Source: an uncultured SAR86 cluster bacterium (GTDB lineage: Bacteria > Pseudomonadota > Gammaproteobacteria > Magnimaribacterales > D2472). Taken from it: a stretch of 64,000 bases of DNA. Numbering within the stretch: the first letter of the stretch is position 1; each line of letters starts with the position of its first letter. The stretch is from assembly GCA_902631785.1 (NCBI GenBank), contig CACOZT010000004.1, forward strand, positions 8,047 to 72,046, read 5' to 3'. Below, piece by piece: positions 61,441 to 64,000 of this stretch. Made by a program: the position numbers and the translations under genes. The notes under the pieces are model-generated. The model saw nothing but the letters and a program-made list of their open reading frames with translations. It made no database searches and was not told where the DNA came from.

Positions 61441-64000
61441 TAACTTTTATGATTTTCAACCCATTCACCATTTGAATATGTTGCTGTCCATTTTGTTTTT
61501 TTCCCATCTTTTTCAGAAGCCACATAGTGCGTATCTTCTGTTCGGTTATATCTAATGACATAGGGATTACCATCTTTATCTGCTTCAGGTGCGCTTAATA
61601 AATATAAGTGTTTTTCTTTATCAGGTAAAAATCTGCAAGCTTCAATAATTTCATCATTAAGCTTGTTAATCTCAGTGACTTTTGGAGCTCTAGTCTCTCT
61701 GTTTTTTGGATATTGACTAGCTGCTAAAAATAACCCCTTCATGCTATCTCTTAATAAATAATGATCTTCACATTTGATACATTTTAGATCACTAAGCTCA
61801 ATTGGTTCCATTGTGATGGGTTTGGGTTCACCGTTTCTTTGCAGTGCTCTTGTTGTTCCACAGTTATCATTTAAGCAAGCAAAATATTTTCCAAATCTAC
61901 CTGTTTTTAATTGCATTTCAGAGCCACATTTATGACACTCAATTACTGGACCATCATAACCTCTGATTTTAAAATTACCCTCCTCTATTTCATTGCCGTT
62001 ACAATCGGGATTCTTGCCGCAAACATGTAACTTTCTATTTTCATCAATAAGATAGTTATCCATGGAGGTAGAGCAAATTTTACATCTCCTTTTTATTAAT
62101 AAATTTTCAGCTTCTTCAACATCATCAACACTTACAGCTTCATCACCAGAAACTAAATTTAATGTGTTTTTACATTTTTCATCACCCAAGTTTTCATATC
62201 CAGAACATCCTAAAAAAACACCATTTGATGAGTTTCTTATGACAAGGTTATTTTCATTGCAGTTTGGGCATGTGAGATCAGTTTTTGTTGGTCTATTGCC
62301 CCGCATGCCATTAGTTTCGTCTGAAGCATTATTTAAATCATTTTTAAATGCATCGTAGAATTCATCAAGTACATTCCTCCAATCAAGATCTCCGTTAGCA
62401 ACTTTATCAAGATTATTCTCAAGGTTGGCAGTAAAGTCATAATTCATTATGTCATCAAAGCTTTCAACTAGCCTCTCAGTAACAATGTGGCCTATCTTTT
62501 TAACAAAAAATCTTTTATTTTCAATTTCTACATACCCTCTGTCCTGAATAGTGGAAATAATATTTGCATAAGTTGATGGTCGGCCAATACCTTTTTTCTC
62601 TAATTCTCTTACAAGAGCTGCCTCAGAATATCTTGAAGGTGGTTTTGTAAATTTTTGTTCTAAGTCGATGCTTTTTTTCTCAATTGTATCGCCTTCATTG
62701 AGGGTCGGAAGAATATCCTCTTCTTTTACTGGGTTTTTTAATACTTTTGTAAATCCATCAAATACTAACTCTCTCCCTTTTGCGACAAATGTATTTTGAT
62801 CAACGTAAATTTTTGCAGAAGTCGATAAATATTCTGCATCTGGCAATTGAGAGGCAATAAATCTTTCCCATATAAGTTTATACAGTTTTGATTCTTCTTC
62901 AGATAATTGCATAACATCCTGAGGCTTCAAGAATGAATTAGTTGGTCTTACTGCTTCATGAGCTTCTTGAGCATTTTCAGTACTTGAATATATTCTTGGA
63001 GCATTTGTTAAATAATTTTCTCCAATATTTTCATTAATAAAACTCCTAGCGTCATTGATGGACTCTTTACTTAAGCTTGGAGCGTCTGTTCTCATATAGG
63101 TAATTAAGCCACCCTCATAAAGTTTTTGTGCAACTCTCATAGTTCTTTTCACATTAAATCCTAATCTAGTGCTCGCAGATTGTTGAAGAGTTGAAGTTAT
63201 GAAAGGCGCTTTTGGTTTAACTTTTACAGGTTTCTTTATAATTTCATTGATAAATAAATTATTTGAATCGATTTGCTGTTTTATTTCCTCAGCTTTTTCC
63301 TTTGTAAGTAAAGGATCGCTTTTTTTTGTTGCAAGGCTAAACTTAACAAGGTCCTCGTCACTGGAAATACCTGTAAATGAAATCTCCCAGAACTCTTCAG
63401 GAACAAACTCTTGAATTGATCTTTCCCTTTCATCTAATAACCTCAGAGCAACAGATTGAACTCTGCCCGCGGATAAACCTCTTGCAATTTTTTTCCAAAG
63501 CAATGGAGACAATTCAAATCCTATGACTTTATCAAGAAATCTTCTTGCTCTATATGCTTTAACAAGATTTAAATCTATTTCTTTTGGATCTGAAAAAGAT
63601 TCTATGATCGCGTCTTTAGTTATTTGATTAAATCTTACTCTAGAATAGTTATATTTCTCAGGACCAAGCGCTTCTTTAAGGTGCCATGCAATTGCTTCAC
63701 CTTCTCTATCTAAATCTGTTGCTAAATATACATTTTCGACTTTCTTAGCTGCTTTTTTAAGTGCTTTTAGAACTTTTTCTTTCTCAGGTATTATTTGCCA
63801 GTCTGCATTCCAGCCATTATCTGGATCAACACCCATCCTTCTGATTAATCTTTTTCTATCATTGATTTCTTTAAGTTTAGATTTTTCTTCTGGGCTAAGA
63901 TCTTTTGGTATTGTAGATCTTGTTACTGAGCCCGCTCCTTTCTTTGGAAGATCTCTTATATGTCCTACGCTAGACTCAACAACATACTCAGGCCCTAAGT
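61440..64000 (-). CDS. topA: DNA topoisomerase I (5' end outside the window)
   Basis: Frame open upstream of 63836 (SSVGHIRDLP); ATDLDREGE, SAGRVQ, ITYMRTD, GIGRPSTY, zinc ribbons. Confidence 0.98.
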   Translation of the reverse strand, partial: LGPEYVVESSVGHIRDLPKKGAGSVTRSTIPKDLSPEEKSKLKEINDRKRLIRRMGVDPDNGWNADWQIIPEKEKVLKALKKAAKKVENVYLATDLDREGEAIAWHLKEALGPEKYNYSRVRFNQITKDAIIESFSDPKEIDLNLVKAYRARRFLDKVIGFELSPLLWKKIARGLSAGRVQSVALRLLDERERSIQEFVPEEFWEISFTGISSDEDLVKFSLATKKSDPLLTKEKAEEIKQQIDSNNLFINEIIKKPVKVKPKAPFITSTLQQSASTRLGFNVKRTMRVAQKLYEGGLITYMRTDAPSLSKESINDARSFINENIGENYLTNAPRIYSSTENAQEAHEAVRPTNSFLKPQDVMQLSEEESKLYKLIWERFIASQLPDAEYLSTSAKIYVDQNTFVAKGRELVFDGFTKVLKNPVKEEDILPTLNEGDTIEKKSIDLEQKFTKPPSRYSEAALVRELEKKGIGRPSTYANIISTIQDRGYVEIENKRFFVKKIGHIVTERLVESFDDIMNYDFTANLENNLDKVANGDLDWRNVLDEFYDAFKNDLNNASDETNGMRGNRPTKTDLTCPNCNENNLVIRNSSNGVFLGCSGYENLGDEKCKNTLNLVSGDEAVSVDDVEEAENLLIKRRCKICSTSMDNYLIDENRKLHVCGKNPDCNGNEIEEGNFKIRGYDGPVIECHKCGSEMQLKTGRFGKYFACLNDNCGTTRALQRNGEPKPITMEPIELSDLKCIKCEDHYLLRDSMKGLFLAASQYPKNRETRAPKVTEINKLNDEIIEACRFLPDKEKHLYLLSAPEADKDGNPYVIRYNRTEDTHYVASEKDGKKTKWTATYSNGEWVENHKS

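Noticed and set aside
1-64000. CRISPR arrays, riboswitches, leu/trp attenuators
   Set aside because: No repeat-spacer pattern seen; intergenic regions are all under about 130 bp and leu/trp genes are internal to an operon with no leader

Overview
AT-rich, very compact chromosomal segment with tiny or overlapping intergenic spaces and most genes on the minus strand. Gene content and order suggest a streamlined marine gammaproteobacterium (SAR86-like; this is inference, not a database result). It is mostly housekeeping: thrS, cysS, alaS-lysC, purL, uvrB, acnB, the aroC-leuCDB-asd-fimV-truA-trpFBA-dedD-cvpA-purF superoperon, prpBCD, lexA, topA, tRNA-Ser(GCT) and tRNA-Asn(GTT), plus umuDC with a clear SOS box. 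I see no CRISPR array, integrase, transposase, prophage or rRNA, and no large self-evident novel system. The best leads are: (1) malonyl-CoA decarboxylase seamlessly occupying the usual accD-folC slot; (2) a recurring -10 hexamer 6-7 nt before start codons with no Shine-Dalgarno, suggesting leaderless mRNAs; (3) a dihydroorotase occupying the usual csrA slot; (4) a cyclophilin with both a lipoprotein start and an internal SD-ATG start; (5) an unknown third gene abutting umuC; (6) a lone phage-tail-chaperone-like ORF; (7) a rocD/amidinotransferase divergon. All family calls come from motif recognition by eye.
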